In this document: positions 13,270 to 25,445 of the stretch, piece after piece
How the letters are laid out: each line of letters opens with the position of its first letter
How positions within the stretch are numbered: position 1 is the first letter of the stretch
DNA from: Heteronotia binoei
Taxonomy: Eukaryota
NCBI RefSeq assembly: GCF_032191835.1
Contig: NC_083227.1
Location: 105,896,001 to 105,960,000 of the forward strand
Length of the DNA: 64,000 nt
Direction of reading: 5' to 3'
Translations under genes and position numbers: made by a program
The notes under the pieces: generated by a model
What the model was told of the DNA's origin: nothing
Database searches by the model: none
What the model saw: only the letters and a program-made list of their open reading frames with translations

Positions 13270-13400
13270 TAGACATGGGTAGACGTGTTGGTCTGAAGCA
13301 ATAGAACAAAGCCAGAGTCCAGTAGCACCTTTAAGACCAAGAAAGTTTTATTAACGATGTAAGCTTTCATGTGCTAAAAGCACACTTCATCAGACAATAG
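13270..13400 (-). mobile_element. Penelope-like element terminal repeat fragment
   Basis: Shared with 24765-24900, 24965-25100 and 54905-54995 (AATAAAA...GGTCTTAAAGGTGCTACTGGACTC); contains a hammerhead motif. Confidence 0.7.
13358..13396 (-). ncRNA. Minimal type I hammerhead ribozyme motif (Penelope-associated)
   Basis: Minus strand UGU-CUGAUGA-A-GUGUGC-uuuua-GCACAU-GAA-AGCU-U-ACA: intact core, 6-bp stem II, palindromic AGCU in place of stem III, 3-bp stem I. Confidence 0.65.
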
Positions 13401-13844
13401 TATGGGATGAAATTAACAGTCCTACATGTATAGAGAGTGGGCAGTGAATTAGTACCAATCAAAAGAATAACAAGTTGGAGTCTGCTAATCATTGGTTTGG
13501 GTTGACTGAGCCAAAAAAACAGCAAATGCAATAAATATCAGAATTGGACACTGATGTCTATGTCATTAGTTTTCTTAATTGTGAACAATAATAAATCAGA
13601 GACATTCCCTTCTAATTTCAAACCAACTCCCCCTTCATGGATGAAGGATCCTTCTCCTGCAACCTGCCTCCAGTTCAGCCTTTCCAGAGAGAACAACCCT
13701 GTCGCTTGGCCTTTTAATCCTTTTCTCCCAGGTCCCACCCCTCTGGGCAAGTTTTCCCTCCAAAACTGCTTTCACCCAATCAGAGGGAGAAAAGGGATCC
13801 TAGGAAATGTAGGCCCATTTGTAGCTCCTAGGTAGGCTTCTCTC

Positions 13845-14314
13845 CAGGGTTGTCAAGTCCAACTCAAGAAATATCTGGGGACTTTGGGGTGGAGCCAGGA
13901 ACAAGGATGTGGCAAGCACAGTTGAATTCTGAAGGGAGTTCTGGCCATCACATTTAAAGAGATCTTTTAAATGCATTCCCTCCATTTGGAAGAATGAAGG
14001 ATGGGGGCATCTTCTTTTGGGGCTCGTAGAATTGGACCCCCCAGTCCAAACTTTTTGAAACTTGAAAGGGGGTAGTGTCACCTGATGCTACACTGAAAAT
14101 TTGGTTCCCGTGCCTCAAAAAACAGCCCCCCTAGAGCCCCAGATATCCACAGATCAATTTTCCATACTACCATATGGGAATCGTCCATAGGGAATAATGA
14201 AGTGCCCAGTAGTCATTCCTCCCCCCCCCCCCCCGCTTTCTGGTGACCCTGAAGTTGGGGGAGGGCCTCCAGCCCAGGGGATCCCCCGCCCCCACCTGGG
14301 GATTGGCAGCCCTA
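13845..14314. mobile_element. hAT-type MITE (TAGGGTTGCCAA family)
   Basis: TIRs; perfect 8-bp TSD CTTCTCTC. Confidence 0.9.
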
Positions 14315-15201
14315 CTTCTCTCTGCCCTCTAGGCCACACTGGGCCTAAGATCATGACACTCCCCCAGATATGAACTGATCCCGAGGTGTATCAATTCCAT
14401 TGTGACCTTTTCTGTTTTGCAATTATTCCATTATCTCCATTTGCACATTTCACAGCAAAAACCTGCTTAACCACAGGCAACAATGGGGCAAATGAGTGTT
14501 TACATAGCAAACAGTGCTCTACAAAGTAATTATTTTAAAAACTATGGTTTTCCTCCAGACATAAAGCATGTTACTGACTACAGAAGGTACAGATGAGATC
14601 TTGATTGGTTCTACTTTGTATTGTCCTAAATCTTGCAAAGTGAATGGCAAGAAATTTTCTCAGTTGAAAAAATTGCCAGGACTTGGAATTGTTGTTTTAA
14701 ATGTCAAGCCATATGTTAGACAGGTGATGGGTGTCTTTGTCATCCTATACAAAGGAATCCCTATGTAAAGGGAACTGAGGAATGTATGTCTTTCAAAGAT
14801 TGTATTGCTTCTGATATGTTACTTGATCTTTAGTTACACACGTTTTTCTTTTATGCTCTCCCATTGGGATTATCACAGCACTCTGAACACATTAAATGAA
14901 TTAAGCTTCTCAATGCCATTCTGAACTGGGTCTGTTTTGAAACAAATGGTACACAGGCTCCCCTGCCTTTCAAGGCAAGTTTCCAAGCAATGTGTTTATC
15001 AAGGGGACCTACAGAAGGAATTGTCTTCTTGAAGCTCATCCTTGAACTTTGATATGAAAGTGAAACCCTCTTGCACTGCCCTGTGCCAAATCCCCTTCTG
15101 CTAATAACCCAGTGGTCTCTCTGGAAAAGCTCAAATGGACCCTTGTGGATCCCAATCCACCATCATGGAATTTTTCTGTTATTAGATAAAACCCAAGGAT
15201 G

Positions 15202-15378
15202 CAGGACCGGATCTATGTATTTTTGAGGGGGGGGGGGCAAAATTAAAAAATGGCGCCCCCTTATGGTCCATTCTATCTTATGGTCTCATAGATACCATAC
15301 CCAATTTGGCGCCTCCCCTCTGTTGGCGCCTGGGGCAAGCACCCCCCTCTGCCCCCCCCCCCCCCAGATCCGGCCCTG
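15202..15378. mobile_element. hAT-type MITE (CAGGGCCGGATCT TIR)
   Basis: CAGGACCGGATCT...AGATCCGGCCCTG; TSD CAAGGATG/CAAGGTTG (7/8). Confidence 0.82.
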
Positions 15379-16420
15379 CAAGGTTGCAAACCTTCTTCAG
15401 GCTGGATTTCTATTGCTTTGGGACAGAGGTAGTGGACAAAAAGAGACAGAAATGCAGGAGAGGGACTTCAGAGAGTAAATTTCCCGGGCAGAGAGCAGAT
15501 TTGTATGCTGAGCATAAAGAAACTGAGTGAAATTAAATAAAAATGAAAGCGGTGTCCCAGGGAGTGTATGGAAATGTATGGTGTGCATTAAAATAGAATG
15601 AAAATAGAAGCACTGAGAATGTTGGGGGAGGGAGTGTAAGGGTGGAGGCCATTCTTGACTTTTGCCCAGAGCCCCAGAATTACTAAGACCACCCCTGTAT
15701 TCACCCCCAACAATGGGCCACCTGATGGAGACACAAACCCCAGAACAAGCCCATTTATCTTCTTCCGTTTACAAAGGCCAAACATGTCAGTTTCTGTGCA
15801 AAAGAATAAACGGATACAAATCAGCTACTAGAACATTCAGAAACTTGTGGTGTGGGTGGGGAGGGCTTTAGTCCTCCAGGACATTCTGTAGCAGACTCCA
15901 GAGTGAAGCTGCTGTGGCTGGAATATATTAGCACATTTGATACAGTGGATTCAGTAGAGACTGGAAGTGGTTAGCTCACCACAAAAAATAATTTCGGGGT
16001 ATTCATTTATTCTGTTAAATCTTGTTATGCCTATGCATTGCCAGTGGCTGCTAGTAAGAAATTAGTCTCATACATACTAATGGGGTCATACTGTATTAAT
16101 TTGATTGGGTCATGCGCTAATTTACTTTGATTTGTACTCATTTGTGCTCTGCATAGTAATATAGCATGTCTTTTGGCCAATTTGTTTTCTCTGTACACCG
16201 AGTATGTATACCTACCCAATGACATGACCACTTCTTGCTTTGGAAAAGTGCCCCCTCCCCATGGTAAAGAACTCACAATTTGTTAAGTTAGAGGTGCCAC
16301 AAGATATGCTATTTTTTGCAACAGCATGTTAATGCAGCTATTCCTCTTGAATATGTTGTAGTGATCATGAAGAAAGTCCTAAATGGTCACATAAGGCATA
16401 TAATGACAAGCAGCATGGAA

Positions 16421-16510
16421 TTGTAGAATCACAGAGTTGGAAGGGACCTCCAGGGTCATCTAGTCCAACCCCCTGCACTATGCAGGAAATTCACAAATAC
16501 CTCCCCTCTC
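16421..16510 (-). mobile_element. CR1-type 3' end fragment
   Basis: GGGGTTGGACTAGATGACCCTGGAGGTCCCTTCCAACTCT.TGATTCTA on the minus strand; same motif at 39795-39870 (-) and 54143-54218 (+). Confidence 0.7.
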
Positions 16511-17247
16511 TGCACACAGCATTATGGGCTCAGTCAAAATTTGGGTTGCCAGGTCCCAATTTCTCCCCAACAGGGGAATTTGGTGAGCATTCTGGGAGGG
16601 AACAGGGCTGTCCTCAATGTGATGCTGTCAAAGAGTGATATCATTAGGCACACACACACTTCCCCCCAACCATATAAAGAAACCTTCCCTTGAAATAGTG
16701 GGGGAGGGGGTGGAAGCAGGTGCCACATGCTCCTGCCTTCCAAGCCATGAAATCACAACCTGGAGGGCAAGGGCAGGCGATGTCTCACTCAGATGCTGCA
16801 CACCTTGCCCTGAAAGCCAAAAATTCAGGACTTGGGGGGTAAGTGTGCAAAGTGCCTATGGGGCCATGAAGGACTGTTGGGAGGGGATTTCCCCCACTGG
16901 CCAATTGGCTGGCATTGGGGGAAGCCCCCCCCCCAAAACCAGGGGATCTCCCACCCCTTCCTAGGGACTAGCATCCATAATCAATATTCACTTCGTAAAT
17001 TTTCTAGACTTTAGTATTGGTAGTGTTATATTGTGGCAAGTTGTGAATTTGATGATGTTCCCTTCTTGAACTGTTTAGTTATTTTCCCCTGATCTCTGAA
17101 GGCTGAAGTGCCATGGTTTGTTTTTACTTCCTGTTCTTGTTGGCTGATAGATTCTGTTCAAGCGGAGGTCAGGAAAGGCCCTGCTGTTGTTCCAGTAAAA
17201 CTTTCAATCCTTCTGGCAAGGTGTGCTTGTGCAATTATTACAAGTAG

Positions 17248-17446
17248 CAGGGCTTTTTTTGAGCAGGAACGCACAGGAACACAGTTCCGACTGGTTTGGT
17301 GTCACAGGGTGTGGCCTAATATGCAAATGAATTCCTGTTGGGCCTTTTCTATAGAAAAGCCCTATGTGAAACATTGGTGACATCAAGGTGTGTGGCCTAA
17401 TATGCAAATGAGTTCCTGCTGGGCTTTTTCTACCAAAAAAGCCCTG
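17248..17446. mobile_element. hAT-type MITE (CAGGGCTTTTT TIR) with internal duplication and two octamer motifs
   Basis: CAGGGCTTTTTT...AAAAAAGCCCTG; perfect TSD ACAAGTAG; ATGCAAAT at 17321 and 17402. Confidence 0.88.
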
Positions 17447-17541
17447 ACAAGTAGAATAACATATTTGGCTAGAAACACAATGGTTTACTAGGGAGAAAGG
17501 ATAGCCAAGAGATTCATCTATTTTGATCTTCATAACCAGAC

Positions 17542-17730
17542 TATGGTTGCCAAGTCTGTGTTGGAAAATACCTGGAGACTCAGGAGAGGTTGGGGTTTAG
17601 AACGGGAGGGGTCTCAGCAGGGTGCAATGCCATAGAGTCCAACCTTCAAAGCAGCCGTTTTCTCCTGGGGAGCTGATCTCTGCCAGCTGATCAGAGATCT
17701 CCAGGCCCCACCTGGAGACTGGCAACCCTA
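17542..17730. mobile_element. Short TAGGGTTGCCA-family hAT MITE
   Basis: TIRs; TSD AACCAGAC/TACCAGAC (7/8). Confidence 0.8.
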
Positions 17731-17796
17731 TACCAGACACTTTCTCTGTAGGTTCCCAAGCTTTGCAGGTGTGGAATAAAATCAAGGCTGTGCCAG

Positions 17797-18321
17797 TGTC
17801 ATTTCTATATGCATGCCATTTCTATATGCTCTTTCTAAGGGTGTTCAGCAGACAGGCCAGATACAAAGCAGGACACTCTTCATGCTCTCCCCACCCTCCC
17901 CCCTGCTGTCTCCTTCTAACCAAAGGGTGCATAATAAATCCATCTGGACCCAGGATGTTTAGAGTAACCTTGTACTAACAGTGTAGAGTGCCTCTCCCCC
18001 ATATTCACACAGCCAGGTCTTATCGCTTCCCATAGAATGTGTGAGAAAGGGAGATGTTTTTATTAGCTGATATTCCTTAGTCATAAAGAGATACTAGCGA
18101 GTAGCCTTTGAACCCTCAACTCAATTTGCATCTTTATGTTATCTTTTTGAAGTTATCTGTAACCTTTCCCTTTGAAGCATGCCTATAAGTTACTATGCGA
18201 TGCTATGTATGTCATTACTTCCAAGGAGTCCGTCCTTGGGCAAGCTATGGAGTTTTAACAATAAAGCAACTTTTGATTAAAGAACAAAAGCTTGATTATT
18301 GAGAAATATCGATGCTTGACA
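17797..18321 (+). mobile_element. Solo LTR
   Basis: TGTCA...TGACA termini; perfect 5-bp TSD GCCAG; AATAAA near the 3' end; homologous to 38924-39381. Confidence 0.75.
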
Positions 18322-21300
18322 GCCAGAACGTGGAAATGTCAGCTATTTGCTGGGGCCTCAAGACTGGCTGTCCCCAAAGTGCCAACATTCTCAGAAGGTC
18401 ACAGAGAATGTGAGAGAATTCTCAGTTTACATGCCTCACATCTTTCTTGCTAAGTAGGCCAACTGGAGGTTGTCTTACACAGGAGTTTTTGATAGAAATT
18501 GTGTATTTTACACTGCACAGGGAAGTGCACAACTTTCTAACCCCAAAGACAATTAAGGATTTAAGTTCTGATCCACCTTACTGTTAAATGTCCATCTATT
18601 TCAGTTTGGGGTTAGAAAGTTGTGGCCTATTTTGTCTTGCTATTTTAATATCTACTTAGGCTATGTTGGAATCTATTACATTTCAATGATTTGTTTTATA
18701 GCAGTTTTGCAGCAGCTGCCTCATGGCAGGTTGAATCCACTAGTAATTTTTTACTAACAGAATGTACTTCCATCAGCAAAACAGGACTTTCTTGCCTTCC
18801 CCCTACAGTTGCAGCCCACTGAACTCACCTGCTCTGAGGGACAGGGAACCCTCGGGAACAACATGTGAGGCAACTTGGAAGTCTGCAGTGGAAGCGAAAA
18901 AGCAATGGATTGGATCCAACCAACATTTTCACTCAGTCTTGCTCAGTTCCTCCATACTTTTGTTCATGCCCAATTCCCATGATAGCTATTTGCATGATCA
19001 GAGGAAAAGCCCTCTTCTTTTTCATTAACAGAAAAGTTGGTTGGATACAACCCACTGAAATCATCCTTTTATTGGCAGAAAGTTACAGGTGGATACAACC
19101 TTATAAGTCAGCAGACCATTTTATTATAATTTAACCCTATTGTAATTATCTGAAAGAACTCTAATAGAAATCAAGACAGGCATAGACAAGTCTTTGTTTT
19201 TTTTACAGAAGTTTCACTTGGATTTTTAAAAAATGGTTTTGTCTGTAACCTAAATTGTAATGGGAGCATGAAGCCCACTTCCCCGTAGAAAAATATATCC
19301 ATGCTGTGGCACCTCTGGCCATAAAACCAGCCCCAAAGGGTGAGGGGGAGAGTTTGATGCAGAGATATCATTGGGAACATGCAGCATTTGGAGCCAGCCA
19401 GTCTAGGGGATGGCACTAGAGGACAGATAGGTCAGGTGTATGTTCTTATCTGGTATGAAGCAATGAAGTGCACTGATTCAAAACTTAAGATGGTTGCTAA
19501 GGATTTTTTGGCATGCTAAAAAAAAGCCAAGCTCAGGGAGTGGATTGTCCTGCTACCTCCGATGCAAGTGGGTTAAAAGCAGTCTGCTGTGTGAGAGAGA
19601 GAGACAGACAGGTGGACACCTTCATCAATATGCATATCCTCTCAATATATGTTGCTGCAATTTCTCAATACACACAATTGGAAACAAACACATTTTTTAA
19701 GGGTAGGTGTTTGCATGTCATGAAGTTGGAAGATGCCCTGTAAACAAAAAATGCTAACCACGTGCATCGGGAAGATTGCAGGTAGCATATTCTTCCTTTA
19801 GATGGGGTTGGAGTGTCAAACTTGTAATGACTAAACAGTGCGACACGTAGCCCGACAGACAAGTAAAGGGCTTCTACAAAATTGGATTCAGGGGGGAAAG
19901 ATGAGTAGAGGAAAGGGGCCTAGAGAAGGAGAGGAATTTGCTTCCTTTCTCTTCTTCTGTCTTATTTAGAGAAAAGTGACAGCTGTTGCTTCTTGACTCA
20001 GCCTATAAGCCTGGTGCAGCTGCTCTTATGTCCTTTTCCTTTTACTATATACACTGAAATCTCAGTACAATACAGGTTTGTCAGATGTCCCTACCTTTCA
20101 TGGTTGCATCTTATTCCAGGGCAATAAAAACTCATACAATGTGATGCATGATTTTCATTTCAGGCTATAGCAATATGGCTCCCACACAATATATCCCACA
20201 GTATTACACTGTGCCTTATGTTTGGGATTCTGATCTGTTTACCAAGACAAATCCAGCACATGTCCACTGTACATATACAGACACGACCATGTGGATAAAC
20301 ACATGCATAAGGAGAGAAAATAGTGATGATATTAGAATATTAACCCATTTTGATGTAGACTTCATGAAATCCCAGAAAATTTCACCCATACCATTCTCAA
20401 GAAAGTGTGCTGAGACAGACTTGTAGTTCAGTTAAAGCCCGAAGACAACTGTTAGGAGATGACTGACCAGCAGAAAATCTTCCTGAAGCCTCAGCTCATG
20501 CCTTGATCGTGAACAAGTGTGACACAATTGTCACTCAAGCCAGCATGGGTTTCTGGCATTTTGTATATCCTTTGTTTTTTACCAAATTCTCTTAACTTAG
20601 CTGTACAAACGAATAATTTACAACTGTGACTACTGCTGGGTAAAGTCACTCAGCTGCTGTAGGGTTAGCCCTTGACCAGTAGTTTAGTATTAAATTACTA
20701 ATGGAAGACTCAGCAGTAATTTCAGGCCTCCTGAGGAAAACAATAAGGGATTACTGAAACTGTGTGGCAGGGTAGAAATCATACGAATGAATGCAAAAAA
20801 TGAATTGAGACAATTCTAGAACAGAGACAACTGCTGATCTCTTGGAAGAAATGGGTAGATTTCCTTGTCAGCCTCCATCTGTACTTGTTTTCTCAGTGCA
20901 AGGGAACAAAGGATAGCTACTACTTTCTTAAATGCGGCAAAGCTAAGCTGCAGTGGCATATTCTACATTGAAAAGACTGCAGATAATACAGAAATAAATT
21001 TTGGCTGCTGCTGAAAGTGCTAAAGTACATTACTGTTTGAAAAGACTGGTGTGAATGATTCTCTGGTATTTATCAGTCTCTGGGGCCTTTTAACATAACA
21101 GTGACCAACTGATTGTTGGCTGTCCTTTCCTAAGAGCCAGATGATGCCTTTGAAAGTATTATAAGGAACAAGAGATGAATATAACCTTAGCCTAAAATTC
21201 CTGGAACGTGTAGTGCCCTCTAAGACTTCTACAAGTAGATCTAATAACATTAATACTAGGTCTATGATGTTAATTCCATTCAGAAGCATACCTCAGGCTC

Positions 21301-22470
21301 TGACTTGGTTGCAAGACAGCCATCCAATATAATTAATGGGCCAATTCAGATACAATATCAAATCATAGTCTGAACAAGCCCTAGGTTTGTGGAGTCAGTC
21401 TTCCCATTCCTAATCTCTTACACATTGCTGTTCCTTTTCTCCCTTTTCTTTTCTCCCTTCTTTCTCCCACAATTTGTTGTTACATCTGAATCAGCAGACT
21501 CTGGTTTGTGCTTGCCTTCCAAACAAGAATTGGAAACCACTTTTTGATGGTGGTTTCCAATTCTGGTTTAGAGGACAAATGCAAAACATAGGTTGCTGGC
21601 TGAGATGTTGTGGAAAACTATGGTCTGCTATGAAAGGGAAAGAGCCATAGGTGATAATGTGAGAGTCCAAGTTGCTTCATGTAATGCCAAACTATGGCAT
21701 TACATGTGAGTCAAGCCAATGTGTTTTGTAATGAAAATACAGATGAGATATTAGTGAACTCTACACTGACAATCTAATTGTTAGATAAGCCTATACATGA
21801 TCCATCTAGAATGCTTTTTCTTCATGAAAGGGCTTTTCCTTATTTACGCAGCTTATTAAGTTTACATTTTGTATATACACACTGCTCATTGTTATTACCA
21901 CTGTCTGCTTCCTGAGTTGCATCTTGGAATCACTGAGTCCAGTCCTGAATTCTATGTTTTAGTTCTTTGAGTTGCCCCAAACTATAATGGAATCACACAA
22001 ATTTGTGAATCATATAGGAAACAATAAGGAACTAAAAATTATAAAGCACTATGCTGTTATTCATTGGGGCCAATGAGAAGAGTCTGAAGAAATGGCGCGA
22101 GTAGTCTGTTCAGAAGCCTAAAATCCTTCATTTTACCATAATCAATAACAACTAGGCCAAAATGATCCAGTTCAAAAACATGGCTTTGAATGATCTGTCC
22201 TGAAGTTTGTGCTGAAAGCACATTTTGATAGTGCTCTGCCAGAGAATAAAATGATTAATAGATTAGTTGGCTAGACTCTAATGGACATTAGCTGAAGAAG
22301 AAAGTTCTGAGACTTAAAAAAAAATACCAGCTGGATTGGTATTTCAAGTGAATGAGAACTGGGCATACAGAAGAGTGAACATTTTCTCTTTGTTTCAGAA
22401 CAGAGTTAGTACTCTTCACAAATTATCTTGCAGGCTAGCTGGGTCTGATGGGCATTAGAAATGCTGTAAT

Positions 22471-22590
22471 AGGAAGAATAAGAATAAGAATAATTTGGAT
22501 TTATACCCTGCCCCTCACTACCCAAAGGAGTCTCAGAGCAGTTTAGAATCTCCTTTTCCTTCCTCTCCCCACAACAGACACCCTTTGAGG
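22471..22590 (-). mobile_element. Squam3 SINE 3' fragment with (ATTCTT)n tail
   Basis: Matches the 3' part of the other Squam3 copies. Confidence 0.7.
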
Positions 22591-22689
22591 GGCAGGATTT
22601 CCCCCAATTTATTGGGGCACATCACACAGGGATGCTCTAGCATTTTGGTATAAAACTCTATAGAAAAAATATTTAGAGAATAAGGCTTG

Positions 22690-23170
22690 CCAACCATATA
22701 AATCCTTGGGGGATATGGGGATAGGAAGCTTTTGGAATTTAAAAAAAGATATTTGGGGAGAATAAAAGTTGTAATTAAATCAAGTTTTCTAACAATGTCA
22801 TATTTATTTTTTCTCATCCCTCCAAGGTAGATTTTACAGAACTATTCAGGAGTTTATAATTATAAAGATATAAATTGGATAAATGTAAAGGAATATTAAT
22901 TCCCAGATGCCTCCAAGATTTCGTTACCCACCTAAATGGAAAGCTATTGATTAAGGTTTTTCTAGTCTCATGTGTAAAATAAATGGGGTAAATTTCTGAC
23001 TTTGGCGACCCTCAATATTATATCCCTATGGAATATAAACTGGTCTTTAATGAATGGTGTCATCAGTAACTAACTACGAGTCAGAGGCAGTTACCTAAGT
23101 TGAAAAGAAGGCCAGAATAAGTTTGCCTGCTTTGTTATATAAAGATTTGCCCTAATTTGAAATGATTATT
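22690..23170 (-). mobile_element. Degraded L1-like ORF2 fragment
   Basis: Minus-strand ILPKYLFL resembles the L1 ILPK.LFLFQ motif; heavily decayed. Confidence 0.35.
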
Positions 23171-23189
23171 CTTTGTTCAGTCTAGAATA

Positions 23190-23460
23190 TGTAAAGCCCA
23201 GACTAGTCCAGTTTCATCAGATCTCGGAAGCTAAGCAGGGTCAGCCTTGGCTAGTATTTGGAAGGGCAACCTCCAAGGAATACCAGGGCCATGTACTTTG
23301 ATTTTTAACACTCTGTTATTTTAACTGTTGTTAACCGCCCTGAGCCCATTAGGGGAGGGTGGGATATAAATGCAATTACATAAATAAATAAAATGATGCA
23401 GAGGCAGGCAATGGATAGGGAAAATCTGAAATGTCTCTTGCCTTAAAAACAAATCTAGCC
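23190..23460 (+). mobile_element. 5S rRNA-derived SINE (SINE3, 5S-Sauria-like), interrupted by an L2 3' end (about 23290-23395)
   Basis: GATCTCGGAAGCTAAGCAGGGTC...TAGTATTTGGA...GGAATACC is the 5S internal control region; followed by a GCAGAGGCAGGCAATGG tail. Confidence 0.75.
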
Positions 23461-23470
23461 CACCATTTAA

Positions 23471-23745
23471 AAAGGTAAAGGTAAAGGTAGTCCCCTATGG
23501 AAGCACCAGTCATTTCTGACTCTGGGGTGACGTTGCTTTCACAACGTTTTCATGGCAGACTTTTTACGGGGTGGTTTGCCATTGCCTTCCCTAGTCATCT
23601 ACACTTTCCCCTCAGCAAGCTGGGTACTCACATTTTACCAACCTCAGAAGGCTGAGTAAACCTGGAGCTGGCTACTTGAACCAGCTTCCACTGGGATTGA
23701 ACTCAGGTCGTGAGCAGAGCTTTACCACTCTGCACCACGGGGCTC
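23471..23745 (-). mobile_element. Sauria/Squam1-type SINE
   Basis: (ACCTTT)n tail on the minus strand; GGCAATGGCAAACCACCCCGTAAAAAG body; also at 28203, 42408 and 53699. Confidence 0.85.
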
Positions 23746-24764
23746 TTTGCAACCCACCATCTAGTGGTGCATAAAACTAAAAGAGTTAGAACTTCTGGCT
23801 GCCAGACAACCTTAAGATCTCCTGGCTGTACTACACACAATGCCAGATGATAATAATAATGGTAGCTTCCTAGATCATAATATATTTAAATACCCAAGTC
23901 CCTAGCACATCATAATATAAGCACAATGGCTCCAGAGTCTTTTATTTTTGAAATCTTAACCATAAGCTGCAGCAGCTAGGTTATTTTTTAAGAAAGGAAA
24001 AGAGGATGCAATAGTGGAAAGAATGTCGGGTCTGGGGATAACTAGCTTGTCTGGGGTTTGGGGGTAATTTTTGTTTTGATAAGTCACTAAAAATTATCTC
24101 TGATCCATCCCAACCATTACCCCAAAATGTTATTCTTTATTCCTCTCAAACTAGTATAACCATGACAGTCACACACAAAACCCAGCTACAGTTAGCCTTG
24201 GCTGAAACTTCAAAATATCTCCTGAACTAGTAAATCCCCCTTTTTTATGCTTGCTAACTAGAAATCAAATGCTCATAGCTTTGAAGCATTGATTGTTTAA
24301 AGCTGCACTGGAATGTTTAAATTAAGCTTAGATTTATCATTTACAGATTTTCCTATCCATTAGATACTTGCTTTCCCTCCCTTTTATGTGTAAACTCTGT
24401 GACAAGCGGTTTCTGCTCTTCACAACTGGGAGTGCATTTAGGTAATGGTTTATGGCTGGGGTTACAATTGCCTCCCACAAGGGACCCTGCCATGAAACAA
24501 AAAAGAAAAATTACTTAGCAGAAAGTAAATTGGCTTTGAGCAAACCATTTGAATCAATCCACTTGAATTTTTCTTTTTGCTTCAGCGGAATGTGGATAGC
24601 AGCCAGACATTTTTCTTCATAAACCGCATGAACTAATGTACTTTCAGCTTCATCTCACTGATTTAAAGTAATACAATCCCATTGATCTGAGCAAGATTTA
24701 ATCAGAGTTCCAGCCATTCCCTAACCATGATTACTCCAAAGCATGTCCCAGTAGCTTACTCCTG

Positions 24765-25100
24765 AACAAAGTTGAGTCCAGTGGCATCTTTAAGATCAAC
24801 AAAGTTTTATTCTGGCTATAAGCTTTTGTGAGCATGCACACTTCTTCAGATACATTGAAACAGAAATCACCAACCATTACATATAGGTAGAGGGTGAGGA
24901 AGGTGTTGCCAGGAAGGGCCAATTATTCATCTTGACTCTAATTGTAATAGTTGGTGACTTCTGTTTCAGTGTACCTGAAGAAGTGTATGCCACTATAACC
25001 TGAAAGATTGTAGCCAGAATAAAGCTTTCCTGGACTTGAAGGTGCTGCTGGACTCCCACTTTGTTCTGCTGCTTCAGACGAACATGTCTAGCCACCTGAA
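24765..25100. mobile_element. Two Penelope-like terminal repeats in inverted (head-to-head) orientation
   Basis: 24765-24900 (-) and 24965-25100 (+) are homologous; both carry decayed hammerhead cores. Confidence 0.65.
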
Positions 25101-25445
25101 TCTATCTTGTAGTCTCTGTTAGACAGTGTGGCCACCCTCCAGGTGGGAAGCTCCATTTTTTTCCCATGGAGAAAATGGCTTCTTTGGAGGTAGACTCTAT
25201 AGTATTATACCCCACTGAAGTTCTTCCTCTCTCCAAACCATTTCTTCCCTAGGCTTCACCCCCAAATTACCAGGAATTTCATTGGCAGCCCAGTTGCTGG
25301 ATCAATTTCTAAAATAATTTCAAGTGAGGGACCCACAAGAACTTGTGGGTAGACCGATTTTTTCATCTCTTGCCCTACCCAACTATTTCTTCTTTCCTCT
25401 AGGACCTTTCCATTTGTTACAGGCAGTGCTTTAAGTATCTTATTT

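Noticed and set aside
20148-21289. Short ORFs at 20148 (+, 92 aa) and 21020 (-, 89 aa) as exons of a second gene
   Set aside because: No recognisable family and no consistent donor/acceptor pairs; lengths are compatible with chance.
21526-21564. pre-miRNA (15-bp perfect stem)
   Set aside because: Stem is too short and lies in what looks like an old palindromic MITE remnant.
23754-23771. CTCF site (CCACTAGATGGTG on the minus strand)
   Set aside because: Mismatch at a core C, and motif only; cannot be supported without ChIP data.
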